64,000 nt of DNA from a virus (lineage: Duplodnaviria > Caudoviricetes): positions 1 through 64,000 of the IMG/VR virus record IMGVR_UViG_3300042890_004365. One strand, 5' to 3'. Below the pieces are notes generated by a model that searched no databases, was not told the DNA's origin, and was given only the letters and a program-made list of their open reading frames with translations. The position numbers and the translations under genes are program-made. Shown one piece after another: positions 22,101 through 30,846 of this stretch; the stretch's first letter is position 1; every line of letters begins with the position of its first letter.

Positions 22101-22163
22101 AAAGTTAAGTTTTGCTAAAGTGAGAGTCTCAAAATTATCAATAAAAATTTGTATTTTTGACAT
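19122..22163 (-). CDS. Baseplate hub-like protein (gp27-like C-terminal half) with N-terminal region paralogous to 17091-19115
   Basis: C-terminal SFETLQKMCKELGIGF, FIDFYY-like and LTGEWVIIDI segments; N-terminal paralogy; SGTQ repeats. Confidence 0.55.
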   Translation of the reverse strand: MSKIQIFIDNFETLTLAKLNFYTGKVAEYKTARASAIAITYGKICDWPYKKEPDSDGVYRRDPAISTVGDLFKYIYHNPEGGERWFPDGNNPTSLGDVIAELRDQDTGAKPLEEILKKTYGASNQVKFINNLRKYGAQKWFDAFMSSALKFLKDEKTSTLDYKNSDEFSDDYSQLISEFKYNYGDIADVSTSWITTLPILYEAFIEAGDNYKLPPPVSATQSGTQSGTQSGTQSGTQSVTPVAPQAATQSALEIGDYKITVKDPKSDNDRKIEGSISFKTLGPQVSAKSRLIGLPHPFTNPRTGTEVTSFFSPEGAEVGVNASGLTYTTANLSISSYPDTYETVLADQSIASLQSMIDYYYGVEIKLQYTKNPDAPTPVSGPESGTQSGTQSGTQSSSPLSSTQSGFTQSTFDATGIKIKLQKKSGPGELIGEVEQTVKDGIVNFAGIQFDAPGDYVILVIPDSNLIETSEVTIKVLPEDDVIAQDKSRGGEQESKDVQGTRPIIAQIDKPTIKLKPIEFDALQNNRDNVEVAGALGFTPFFWYSGVQIDQRYINSLNLYYEDLVPMVSIVFIDSMGVMKKDGFPLDDSKFEIFLNSGSKNIKSIHLKFKLKNFQENKSKTYTIVGTLDLQDFYKIRFQSYKGTSFETLQKMCKELGIGFNSNITNTSDSMTWVNNGKLFRTFINDIISHSYISDKTFLIGYIDFYYCFNYVDIEKEWIRDISKDVGIDSRGLNHLNKKEESEKVSQLQLSNDLSQNSSVFFFNKYRVNNNSTQTSLNSGQFTVSKVYDSIKKQFLVFDVDSQTSDGSKSIILKGAPSDDQKDNYRTRYSGKMDTDNVHKQYYYSETQNKVNFDNMARISVDLELPNANFNLYKFMKIQLNFINIKTSVNNDEISQKRLTGEWVIIDISYTWTQGNLTQKVTAVRKELSKTDEELKKDANSTPAKAETNTQNNENPVVPGQTQPILSTAVPPNSVYKVGQIFLVQNNSGKVFKLTITEVSENGKEVKATIKNI
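20978..21016 (-). repeat. 12-bp tandem repeat (SGTQ x3)
   Basis: GATTGAGTACCA x3 on the + strand. Confidence 0.85.
21451..21506 (-). repeat. 12-bp tandem repeat (TQSG x4-5)
   Basis: GATTGTGTTCCT repeated on the + strand. Confidence 0.85.
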
Positions 22164-22206
22164 TAAATATAATAAATTTTATCTATTATATATAAAGATA
22201 GTGTCG

Positions 22207-23820
22207 TTACAAATTAATTTTTATTATCTTATATGGGTATTTTCTTTTATTATAAAACCCCTCTCTTTCTTTAAAATGTCTATAAAGTATATTAGACATA
22301 TCAGTAGGATTAAATATATCAACTAAATCAAAGATATTTACTTTATCCTTATCAGTGTGCAAACGAAGTCCACGGCCAATACTTTGGATAATAATCTGCT
22401 CTGATTTGAATGAGTCTGTAAATATAACATTGAAAATAGCATTTATACTTACACCAGTAGAAAGTGTTCCAAAAGAAGCTACAAGTACTTTAACCTTATC
22501 AGAAGTTACTTCCATCAATTTTTTAATCTCTTCTCTTTTCTTACCACTTATCTCACCATCAATATAATAGAATTCTTTATCGGGTAACTCATCTTTTAAT
22601 TTCTGAAATATTCTTTGGCCATTTTCAATAGTATGAAATAATAATAAAGTATTATTAGTACACTTTTCAACAATCTTTCTAATAAAAACTAATCTTTTTT
22701 CAGATTGATGAGCATAAGCTTTCTCTAAATCGAATGCTGCTTTACCATCACCACTCTTTCTTATCAATTTCAATCTTTCATGAAATTCTAAATCATTATG
22801 GTTCATTATAACTGCTTTTATTTCCATTGGAGTAATAATACCCTTCTTCTTTAATTCATCTGCGGAAACCTCTGTTATTTTAGGTCCTAGCACTGCCTGT
22901 ATATTAAGTATTTCACAAGTATCATCTGTCGGAAAAGTACCGGATACTCCAAATCGACAATAAGCATGTGTAAATGTACTTTCTAAAATAGATGAAATTG
23001 TTTTTGCTTTGGCACCGTGAGCTTCATCGGTCGCAATTGTATGAAATTGTTGAAAGAATTTTTTAGGCCACTTCTCTAAAGATTGATAAGTGCCAATATA
23101 AACATTAGGATTTTCTGTACCAGAAAACTTTCTTGGTCTATCAGACATTACTTCTTCTACTCTAACAGTACAAGGTATGTGTCCGTTATTTAGATCTTCA
23201 AATTTTTCAATTTTACTTTCTCTCATTTCAAGAAGGTTATTCAAGCCATAGTTATACTCTATAATATTATCATAAAACTGAGTAACTAAAGTAATTGAGG
23301 GAACGATTATTAGAAATTTTGCATCAGGATCAGTATGTTTTAAAGTGTAAAACATAACTATTGATATAATTAAGGATTTACCACCTGAAGTTGCAACCTC
23401 AGCCATACAAAATCTATTCTTTAAAATTTTATAAGCAGCTTCAATTTGATGGTCGTATGGCATAAAAGGAACTATTTCACCATCTTTCTTCATTTTATGA
23501 GTTTTGAAGAAGTCTTTACAGAAGTCTTGAACTTTTTCTAAAGTAACATCTCTGTTGATTGGAAAATCTTCTTTATTTTCAACTATAAAAGGAGCATCAA
23601 TTTCTTTACAACCTCGCATAGCTTCTTTCCACAAACCTAAGTTTATTTTACCATCTCTAAAGTAAGATTTTTTACCATCCCATACTCCCATTTTCACCGC
23701 GGGTTGGTATCTCCAACCTTTGACATGACGAGTTAACCACAGTGATAACTGATGATATTCAACTCTACTTGCTTCTGTGACTACTAACTCTTCTTTATCT
23801 TTATCATATCTAAGTTTCAT
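22207..23820 (-). CDS. uvsW: UvsW-like superfamily 2 DNA helicase
   Basis: WDGK, PYDHQ, ATSGGKSLI, TDEAH, GVSGT, STGVSI, QSIGRGLR motifs. Confidence 0.9.
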   Translation of the reverse strand: MKLRYDKDKEELVVTEASRVEYHQLSLWLTRHVKGWRYQPAVKMGVWDGKKSYFRDGKINLGLWKEAMRGCKEIDAPFIVENKEDFPINRDVTLEKVQDFCKDFFKTHKMKKDGEIVPFMPYDHQIEAAYKILKNRFCMAEVATSGGKSLIISIVMFYTLKHTDPDAKFLIIVPSITLVTQFYDNIIEYNYGLNNLLEMRESKIEKFEDLNNGHIPCTVRVEEVMSDRPRKFSGTENPNVYIGTYQSLEKWPKKFFQQFHTIATDEAHGAKAKTISSILESTFTHAYCRFGVSGTFPTDDTCEILNIQAVLGPKITEVSADELKKKGIITPMEIKAVIMNHNDLEFHERLKLIRKSGDGKAAFDLEKAYAHQSEKRLVFIRKIVEKCTNNTLLLFHTIENGQRIFQKLKDELPDKEFYYIDGEISGKKREEIKKLMEVTSDKVKVLVASFGTLSTGVSINAIFNVIFTDSFKSEQIIIQSIGRGLRLHTDKDKVNIFDLVDIFNPTDMSNILYRHFKEREGFYNKRKYPYKIIKINL

Positions 23821-23943
23821 CTCATTATTATATATTAAAACCTTGTATTTGTTTAGTTTATGAAGTATTTGTCGTTTTTTTGGGGTTTTTTACAAAGGGG
23901 GAAGAGTAAATTGAATATATAATAAAAAAATAAATTAAATATT

Positions 23944-24267
23944 ATGGGATTATTCAAATTCTTAAAAGGAATTTTTGGAGCAAAAGAGACAGAAACTTGT
24001 CCAACTCCAGAAGTAAAAGTACCAGTTGTAAAAGCTGAGGAAATTAAAAAAGAAGTGGTAAAAGAAGTTAAACAAGAAGTACCAGTTGTAAAAGCTGAGG
24101 AAACTAAAGTAACTGCTAAAGAGATTAAAGCAAAAAGAACACCTGCTATTAAGAAAACTGAAGTTAAAGCAGAAGAGGTTTCAACAGAGGTTGTTGCTGA
24201 GAAGAAAGCTAAACCACGTAGAAGAAGAAAGCCAAAAGCTAAACCAGAAAACGGGGATCAAGCATAA
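23944..24267 (+). CDS. Lys/Glu/Val-rich protein with amphipathic N-terminus and basic C-terminus
   Basis: MGLFKFLKGIFG; VPVVKAEE x2 (direct DNA repeat 60 nt apart); KKAKPRRRRKPKAK. Confidence 0.7.
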   Translation: MGLFKFLKGIFGAKETETCPTPEVKVPVVKAEEIKKEVVKEVKQEVPVVKAEETKVTAKEIKAKRTPAIKKTEVKAEEVSTEVVAEKKAKPRRRRKPKAKPENGDQA

Positions 24268-24268
24268 T

Positions 24269-24298
24269 AAAAAAACCACTCAAATGAGTGGTTTTTTT
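24269..24298. terminator. Bidirectional intrinsic terminator (CCACTCA family)
   Basis: A-tract, CCACTCA-AA-TGAGTGG, T-tract, between convergent genes. Confidence 0.8.
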
Positions 24299-24300
24299 AT

Positions 24301-24759
24301 TTAGAAAACTGGTTTATCATTTAATAAATCATCTATTTTCTTTTCACGTTTAATTGCTTTTAAACGTAAATCATCTTCATACTTATATAACCTTATATTA
24401 TATCGAAAACTATTAGGATCATACGTTAAATTATAAAATCCAATAACTTCAGAGTCCTTTAAATAACCAATAACAATTTGTGCCAAGTCATCTAGTGTAG
24501 AGCTTTGTGATGTTGATACATTATATGTAAGTAATTCTAATTGATTATTTATATTTTTATTAAATGTACCAGTAGGTGCATTTAAAATCATAGTTGTTTT
24601 ATCTACAATTTTTTCAAAAAAATTTATCAAATCAGAATCACTAATTTCATTTTTTGGAAATAAAGTATTACTCACACTAAATAAATTAAACTTATGTTTA
24701 ACATCAACCACTAACTTCTGAACTTTTTCATCATCCGATAAAAATGTTATATCTTCCAT
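24301..24759 (-). CDS. Hypothetical protein with C-terminal REKKIDDLL motif
   Basis: 152-aa ORF just downstream of clpP. Confidence 0.65.
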   Translation of the reverse strand: MEDITFLSDDEKVQKLVVDVKHKFNLFSVSNTLFPKNEISDSDLINFFEKIVDKTTMILNAPTGTFNKNINNQLELLTYNVSTSQSSTLDDLAQIVIGYLKDSEVIGFYNLTYDPNSFRYNIRLYKYEDDLRLKAIKREKKIDDLLNDKPVF

Positions 24760-24764
24760 TCATA

Positions 24765-25424
24765 TTATTTTCTTTTTAATATTATCTCATCGATAATTCC
24801 ATACTTTTTTGCATCAGGTGCAGTCATCCAATAATCTCTATCACCATCTTTCGCAACTTTATCAAAAGCTTGTCCAGATTTATCAGAAATTATTTCATAA
24901 AGTTCTTTTTTCAAAGAGTTTACCTCTTTTACTTCAATCTCTAAATCTGATGCTTGTTGATATCCAGCATAGGATAATGGTTGGTGTATCATTGTTCTAC
25001 TTCTTTTAAGAGCCATTCTCTTACCTTTTGTACCAGAACATAGAATTACTGCAGCCATTGATGCAGCAAGCCCCGTATTGATTGTAACAATGTCTGGTTT
25101 AACAAAGTCCATTACATCAAGTAAACCTAATCCGGTATAAACTGAACCACCTGGTGAATCAATATAAATTGATATGTCATCATCACTTTCGGATTCTAAA
25201 TAAAGAAGTTGTGCTTTGATTATGTTTGTAACATACTCATCAACTTCAGTAGATAAAAAGATAATCCTATCATCTAATAACTTTGAGAAAACATCAACAG
25301 ACATACCATTATCCTCTAATAACATAGGAGTGCTGTTTTTTCTTTGTAAATGTTTAAAGTAATTGTCTTGAAAGGTACTTGAAATAGATTGACTTCGTAG
25401 AAATTTTTGTAAGTCGTTTTTCAT
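24765..25424 (-). CDS. clpP: ATP-dependent Clp protease proteolytic subunit
   Basis: DVFSKLLDDRIIFL, YIDSPGGSV, GLAASMAA (Ser), MIHQP (His), DRDYWM (Asp). Confidence 0.95.
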   Translation of the reverse strand: MKNDLQKFLRSQSISSTFQDNYFKHLQRKNSTPMLLEDNGMSVDVFSKLLDDRIIFLSTEVDEYVTNIIKAQLLYLESESDDDISIYIDSPGGSVYTGLGLLDVMDFVKPDIVTINTGLAASMAAVILCSGTKGKRMALKRSRTMIHQPLSYAGYQQASDLEIEVKEVNSLKKELYEIISDKSGQAFDKVAKDGDRDYWMTAPDAKKYGIIDEIILKRK

Positions 25425-25484
25425 TTATGGGTATTATTTTTTGTTTTTATTATAAAATAAAGTAAAAGTTTAATATATACTGAT

Positions 25485-26135
25485 ATGAAGTATTTAAAGA
25501 TTTTTGAGACATTTAAGAATAATGACACATTATATGTGTTCGATTTTGACGATACTCTTGTGAATACACCAGAGTTTGAAGAATTTGTTATTGAATACTT
25601 AACAGAAGATGTTTCTATAAAAGAAATAGTAGATAAATCAACTGCAAGTATTGGAGTAAATAAGTCAGACTTAAAATGGCAAGATGGTAGAATTTATGTA
25701 GAAGATCCAAATGAGAACATTGAAGTAAAAGGAAACTGGGTTAGAAAAGGTAAAAGGATTTATCTTATGGCACCAGATATATTTGGTATGACTGATTTAA
25801 GTTTACCAACTGAAGTATTAGAATTGGCAGAATTTTATAATTCAATTGAGAATAAATGTATAGTAACTGCTCGTTCAGAAAAGATTAGAGATAAAATTGA
25901 AAAAGTTATGAAAGAGTTAGGATTAGAATATCCTAAATATGGACTTCATATGTATCCTTATGAAAATCACTATAATGCAGGTGGTTGGAAAGGTGAAAAG
26001 ATTGTTGAACTAGTTAAGCAAACTGGATTTGATAAGGTTATATTTTACGATGATAATATAAAGTATTTAAAAGGTGCTACTAAGGTAATTAAAGAGAAGT
26101 TACCTAACTTAGACTATAAGTATGTAAAAGTGTAA
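25485..26135 (+). CDS. HAD-superfamily phosphatase with capsid-targeting-like leader
   Basis: VFDFDDTL, VTAR, conserved Lys, FYDD motifs. Confidence 0.8.
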   Translation: MKYLKIFETFKNNDTLYVFDFDDTLVNTPEFEEFVIEYLTEDVSIKEIVDKSTASIGVNKSDLKWQDGRIYVEDPNENIEVKGNWVRKGKRIYLMAPDIFGMTDLSLPTEVLELAEFYNSIENKCIVTARSEKIRDKIEKVMKELGLEYPKYGLHMYPYENHYNAGGWKGEKIVELVKQTGFDKVIFYDDNIKYLKGATKVIKEKLPNLDYKYVKV

Positions 26136-26183
26136 AAAAGACGTTTAATAATTTAATATATAATAAAAAAATAATAAACATAT

Positions 26184-26492
26184 ATGAAAACTAAAGTTGA
26201 AGTACTTGGATATGAAATCGAAATTGAAGAAGTTGATGGTGTTGTAACTGTTAAAGCTGAATTAGATGGTGAAACAGTTGAAGAATTCACTCTTGAAGCA
26301 CCTGAAGAAGGGCAAGGTCAAGATGAAGAATCAGATGACGACGTTAAAGGATTTAAAGATTTTGATGGTCAAGAAGAAGAAGATTTCGGAGACGAAGAAT
26401 CAGAAGGTCAAGATGACGATGATGACGATGACGATGATGACGATGATGAAAAGGCACTAGAATCTTTTCAGTCTTTTTTCAATAAGAGATAA
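26184..26492 (+). CDS. Highly acidic small protein (poly-Asp)
   Basis: GATGAC repeat encodes an Asp run; upstream TAATATATA box; downstream hairpin. Confidence 0.7.
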   Translation: MKTKVEVLGYEIEIEEVDGVVTVKAELDGETVEEFTLEAPEEGQGQDEESDDDVKGFKDFDGQEEEDFGDEESEGQDDDDDDDDDDDDEKALESFQSFFNKR

Positions 26493-26562
26493 TAAGAAAG
26501 AGGATTTAGTCCTCTTTTTTTATAAATGAAATTTAATATATAATAAAAAATATTATAATACT

Positions 26563-27720
26563 ATGTTATTAAAATTTAATAATTTTATCAAAGAAAGTGT
26601 TGATGGTAAAGGAACTTTACTTTTTTATGCATTTGATTGGGATGACAATATACTAAACATGCCAACTGAAATTATGGTACAAACCGAAGATGGTGAAGAA
26701 GTTGGTATGAGTACAGCAGACTTTGCGGTTTATCGTTCTAAAATAGGAAAAGAAGAATTTGAATATGATGGAAAAACTATTGTTGGTTTAGATTATAATA
26801 CTGCATTTAGAAATTTTAGAGATATAGAAGATCCAGAAATATTCAAAAAGGATGTTGCTAAGGCATTACAAATGGAAGCATTTGCACCTGCTTGGGAAGA
26901 TTTTATTGAGTGTTTAACTAATGGTTCTTTATTTGCAATTATAACTGCACGTGGTCACGAATCAGAAGGAATGAGAAAAGGTGTTGAATATATTATCGAC
27001 GGTTTAGATCAACAAGATAAAGAGAAAATGCATGATAGTTTACTTATGTACCTTCAACTTTTTGGTAAATCAAGAAATGAAGAAAGTTATGAAAGTATTA
27101 CAAATTTCTCTCAAAGTGAATTAGTTAAAAACTACTTAGATTTATGTCACTTTGTTGGTGTTTCTGCGCCTTCAAGAGGTGGTTCACCTGCTAATCCAGA
27201 AGCAGCAAAAGAAGATGCTTTAAGAGAATTTATTACTGATGTAAATGGATATGCAGAAAAAATTGGATTTGTTGCAAAAGTTGGTTTCTCTGATGATGAC
27301 CCAGGAAATGTTAAACATATGACACATGCACTTTCAAGTGAAGATTTAGATCACGAAGAATTGTGGCCTTTTATTAAAGAGTTCATCATTAAAGATACTA
27401 ATAAACCAGAAAACGTAGTTAGAACTAATATACCTACAAGAAGAGTTAAAACATTTAGTGATTTTAATGAGAGCCAAACTCAAATTCCCGGACTACAAAG
27501 TTCAACTATTTCTATGCAACCAGAAACTAATCTTATGATTATGGCAGATAAAACTAATGACTTTAGTGCAAATGGTGATGAAACTCGTCAAGATCCTTAT
27601 GGTAATAGATTAAAAGCTCAAGCTAGAAGATTAGGAAGTCAAGAATATTGTGCTTGTTGTGATAATACAAAATCAGAATGTGATTGTGATGACGGTTGTG
27701 AATGTAAATGTAAAGAATAA
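26563..27720 (+). CDS. HAD-superfamily hydrolase with capsid-targeting-like leader and Cys-rich tail
   Basis: AFDWDDNI, IITARGH, GFSDDD motifs; ends CACC...CDCDDGCECKCKE. Confidence 0.75.
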   Translation: MLLKFNNFIKESVDGKGTLLFYAFDWDDNILNMPTEIMVQTEDGEEVGMSTADFAVYRSKIGKEEFEYDGKTIVGLDYNTAFRNFRDIEDPEIFKKDVAKALQMEAFAPAWEDFIECLTNGSLFAIITARGHESEGMRKGVEYIIDGLDQQDKEKMHDSLLMYLQLFGKSRNEESYESITNFSQSELVKNYLDLCHFVGVSAPSRGGSPANPEAAKEDALREFITDVNGYAEKIGFVAKVGFSDDDPGNVKHMTHALSSEDLDHEELWPFIKEFIIKDTNKPENVVRTNIPTRRVKTFSDFNESQTQIPGLQSSTISMQPETNLMIMADKTNDFSANGDETRQDPYGNRLKAQARRLGSQEYCACCDNTKSECDCDDGCECKCKE

Positions 27721-27786
27721 ATTAAATCCTCTTTTTTAAGAGGATTTTTTATTTAAACTTAGTAAGCTTTTTACAATATATTCTGT

Positions 27787-28983
27787 ATGGATAAAGTCTA
27801 TATTAAAAATATTCTTCAAAAAATTCTCGATAAAGAGTTTGCAAATGTTCAAAAACGTAGAGTAAACGATTACTCTGACCGTTTGAACTTTGCTTGTCCA
27901 TTTTGTGGAGATAGTCATCGAAATAACCATGCAAAACGTGGTAATCTTTATTTTAATCGTTTAGTTTTTATTTGTTTCAACTGTGATAAGAAAACTACAT
28001 TCGATAGAATGTGTAAAGAGTTCAATGAACAAATTGATCCTGATAAGAAATTAGAGATGATTGAACACTTAGATTCAATTATGACTTATAATGATTATCA
28101 AAGTGAGTTTGTTGATGCAAAATTTGATAACTTAATAGATTTAAGTGATTTAGAGAAATCTATTGAACTTAATCTAACACCTTTCTCAGACTTTAAACCT
28201 ATTCAAGTAAATGGTGGTATCTACAAGTATCTAATTGGTCGTGGTATAGAGCCAGATAAACATAAAAATATTTACCAAGCAAAGTATTGGAAGAATGAAG
28301 ATGAATCGGAATGGATTATAGTAATGCTTAATCGTAGAGATACTAAGTTATTAGGGATGCAAGTTCGTAATCTTAAAGAAGGTAGAAAAAGAATGTTTAA
28401 AATCTATAACTATGAAAATATATTAGAATGGGTAAATCTAGCAAAAGAAGAACCTAAACAAGTTGATATAAATGAGTTAGTTATTTATAACAAATTATCT
28501 TATTACTTTAATATACTTAATGTTGATTTTGATAGAATGATTACTGTTTTTGAAGGTTACTTAGACTCTCTTTTTTATCCTAACTCAATTGGTTTAGTTG
28601 GTGTAAATACAGATTTTAGATTTTTAGAAAATAGTGGATTTGATTTACAATACTTTTTCGATAATGATGAGGCAGGATTTAAGAAATCCGAAGAGAAGTT
28701 AAAAGAAGGATATTCAATTTTTCTATGGAATAAGTTATTTGAGAGTATTGTTGATCAAAAGAATTCTAATGATCCGTTTAGTTTATTGCATAGAATTAGT
28801 AAAGTAAAAGATATAAATAAATTATGTCAACTAACACCAGATGCGTTTAAAAAGTTAAAACTTCCATTATTTTTTAGTAAGGATATTTTAGATGTCAAAT
28901 GGATTCCAAAGTTCAAACATAGAAGAAATAATAAAGAAGAAGTTGACTATAATAGAAAATTTGAAGAATTTAAAAAACTATAA
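27787..28983 (+). CDS. DNA primase, T4 gp61-like
   Basis: Zn-finger CPFCGDS...CFNC; TOPRIM motifs FEGYLDS and FFDNDEAG. Confidence 0.9.
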   Translation: MDKVYIKNILQKILDKEFANVQKRRVNDYSDRLNFACPFCGDSHRNNHAKRGNLYFNRLVFICFNCDKKTTFDRMCKEFNEQIDPDKKLEMIEHLDSIMTYNDYQSEFVDAKFDNLIDLSDLEKSIELNLTPFSDFKPIQVNGGIYKYLIGRGIEPDKHKNIYQAKYWKNEDESEWIIVMLNRRDTKLLGMQVRNLKEGRKRMFKIYNYENILEWVNLAKEEPKQVDINELVIYNKLSYYFNILNVDFDRMITVFEGYLDSLFYPNSIGLVGVNTDFRFLENSGFDLQYFFDNDEAGFKKSEEKLKEGYSIFLWNKLFESIVDQKNSNDPFSLLHRISKVKDINKLCQLTPDAFKKLKLPLFFSKDILDVKWIPKFKHRRNNKEEVDYNRKFEEFKKL

Positions 28984-29013
28984 AACTTTCTAAAATATAA
29001 AAATATAAATCTT

Positions 29014-29080
29014 ATCACGCCCTGAGAAAGCAGTGGGACCAATTGAAAAGAGCCTTTCACTTCTGAAAGGCTCTTTTTTT
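29014..29080 (+). ncRNA. Candidate ~65-nt small RNA
   Basis: Own AAAC-N17-TATAA box (28983-29008), GC-richer non-coding body and a strong terminator AAAAGAGCCTTTCA-CTTC-TGAAAGGCTCTTTT. Confidence 0.4.
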
Positions 29081-29119
29081 ATGTTTTTTGTTTTAATATA
29101 TAAAAGAAAAAGACTTATT

Positions 29120-29440
29120 ATGGCAGAAGAAGTTAAAAAGAAATTAGGATTCTTTGGAAGTATCAAATGGTTCTTCACAGAGATTATGAAAATCTATTCT
29201 ACACAAGATTCATACTTTTCTAAAAAGAGAGTTGAGTCAGGAATTGGATTTGTAATTGCAGAATGGGGAATGATATTTTTCCTATTAAGTAAATTTGAAA
29301 CAATGACTATGATTGAGTTTGGTGGATGGGCTTCTATTCAGTTTGTTGTAGCAGGTTACATGGTTAGCCAAATACAAAGTGAAAAGAAATCAGACGTTAG
29401 TAATTCAGTAGATGAAACGGTTGAAGAAAATCAACCATAA
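29120..29440 (+). CDS. Small two-TM membrane protein (holin-like candidate)
   Basis: Start moved to MAEEVKKK after a TAATATATA box; two hydrophobic segments after FSKKR; acidic C-terminal tail. Confidence 0.55.
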   Translation: MAEEVKKKLGFFGSIKWFFTEIMKIYSTQDSYFSKKRVESGIGFVIAEWGMIFFLLSKFETMTMIEFGGWASIQFVVAGYMVSQIQSEKKSDVSNSVDETVEENQP

Positions 29441-29468
29441 AAAAAACCACTCATATGAGTGGTTTTTT
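29441..29468. terminator. Bidirectional intrinsic terminator (CCACTCA family)
   Basis: A6, CCACTCA-TA-TGAGTGG, T6. Confidence 0.8.
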
Positions 29469-29484
29469 ATTTATTATAAAGATA

Positions 29485-30072
29485 TTATTTTAATCTTCTT
29501 TCTCTTCTTGAGAATCTATAACTTTTTGCCTCAAACTCAGGATCAATACGATCTTCATCTTCTAATTTTGGTGCATTTGGTGTAGTACCACCATTTAAGT
29601 AATCTACAACTTGTTCAACTGTATCAAATTTCTTTCTATCAACGTGGAACTTTCCAGTTTCAGAAGGGAAAGTAATCTCTTTTCCTTTATCTTCTGGATT
29701 TTTTTTCAAGATAATTCTATTATTTTGAACTACATCTTCACCTAATTTTAAAGCTACTGCCAATTCTTTTAGTTTAGCTATATAAGGATCTTCTTCTTCT
29801 ACTTCACCATCAAACTCTTGACTTCCACCATCAGAGAATCCACCATCACCACCATCAAATGGATTATTTTTAGCCAATGGATTATCTTGTTCACTTGGAA
29901 CATCATCTGGAATAACACCTGGTCTAGTTGGTCTAGGAGCAGTAGGTCTATCTGTATCTGGTCTAGTTGGAGTTTCAGTTTCTCTTCTTGTTGGTGCAGG
30001 AGCTTGTTCAGGTCCAGCAGTAAACTCTTCATTTATTTTGTCATCTACGAATTGATTATATCTTTTAATCAT
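29485..30072 (-). CDS. Hypothetical Pro-rich protein with capsid-targeting-like leader
   Basis: Starts MIKRYNQFVDDKINEE; upstream TAATATATA box. Confidence 0.7.
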   Translation of the reverse strand: MIKRYNQFVDDKINEEFTAGPEQAPAPTRRETETPTRPDTDRPTAPRPTRPGVIPDDVPSEQDNPLAKNNPFDGGDGGFSDGGSQEFDGEVEEEDPYIAKLKELAVALKLGEDVVQNNRIILKKNPEDKGKEITFPSETGKFHVDRKKFDTVEQVVDYLNGGTTPNAPKLEDEDRIDPEFEAKSYRFSRRERRLK

Positions 30073-30119
30073 ATCAAATAATTATTTTTTATTATATATT
30101 AAATTTAAAATACCTGTTT

Positions 30120-30593
30120 TTAACCTAATTCTTGAACCACATAGTCTATAAAGCTATCCAATTCATATTCTAGTCCACTACAGAACTCAAAAACATCATA
30201 TTCTACCACTTTACCCTTCTCATTTACAACTTTTAAAAAATCAAGTGAATAAGCACCGGTATTATAAAGTATTATTTTACCTTTTAAGTTTCCTTCTATT
30301 GTTTTATGTGATTTTTCTAAATCTGGCACATATAAAGTACCAATATATTCAATACCATCTTCTTCATACTTTATATCATCTAATTCAAACTTAAAGTAAT
30401 CATCTTCAAAAATAGTATCAGTACTTAGAATTCTCATTTTAGTTTTAACTATTTCTTCATCACCTAAAGAAACTGCGTCCAGAAATTCTTTTTCATGTAT
30501 AGTCAAAGATATTATACCATACTTAGATATTTTATCCAGTAATTCATCAGTCTTTTCTTGACCGGAAAATTCTTCTGTTACTATACTTTTCAT
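30120..30593 (-). CDS. Hypothetical protein with DUF6576-like N-terminal motif
   Basis: DELLDKISKYGIISLTIHEKEFL matches the xDxxLDKIxxxGxxSLTxxEKxFL motif known from Bacteroidota proteins. Confidence 0.6.
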   Translation of the reverse strand: MKSIVTEEFSGQEKTDELLDKISKYGIISLTIHEKEFLDAVSLGDEEIVKTKMRILSTDTIFEDDYFKFELDDIKYEEDGIEYIGTLYVPDLEKSHKTIEGNLKGKIILYNTGAYSLDFLKVVNEKGKVVEYDVFEFCSGLEYELDSFIDYVVQELG

Positions 30594-30608
30594 ACAACTA
30601 TATATTGT

Positions 30609-30815
30609 TTATATATCATTAAAAAGATCATCAATCCTCTTATCTCGCTTAAATTGAAGGGAGAAGTCTTTATCATTTTCAAATCTATATTTGAAATCAT
30701 TAAAAGCACTTTCACTAATTCTTAGCAGAGAAAAAGAACCTCTACTTAGTTTACCTTCCGTAAGTCTGTTATCTAAATGTTTTAGATAATATGGATATAT
30801 TTCATCTTCTTTCAT
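30609..30815 (-). CDS. Small hypothetical protein with C-terminal RDKRIDDLF motif
   Basis: ATATATA box 4 nt before the ATG. Confidence 0.6.
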   Translation of the reverse strand: MKEDEIYPYYLKHLDNRLTEGKLSRGSFSLLRISESAFNDFKYRFENDKDFSLQFKRDKRIDDLFNDI

Positions 30816-30846
30816 ATTTTATATATTATTTTTTTATATATACATT

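Noticed and set aside
25425-25471. clpP promoter as a member of the AAAC-N17/18-TATA class
   Set aside because: TAAAC is present but TATAA lies only 13 nt downstream, so it was not counted.
28990-29178. 62-aa minus-strand ORF and the N-terminal extension of the 29033 ORF
   Set aside because: Both run through a terminator hairpin and a promoter box; the likely start is 29120.
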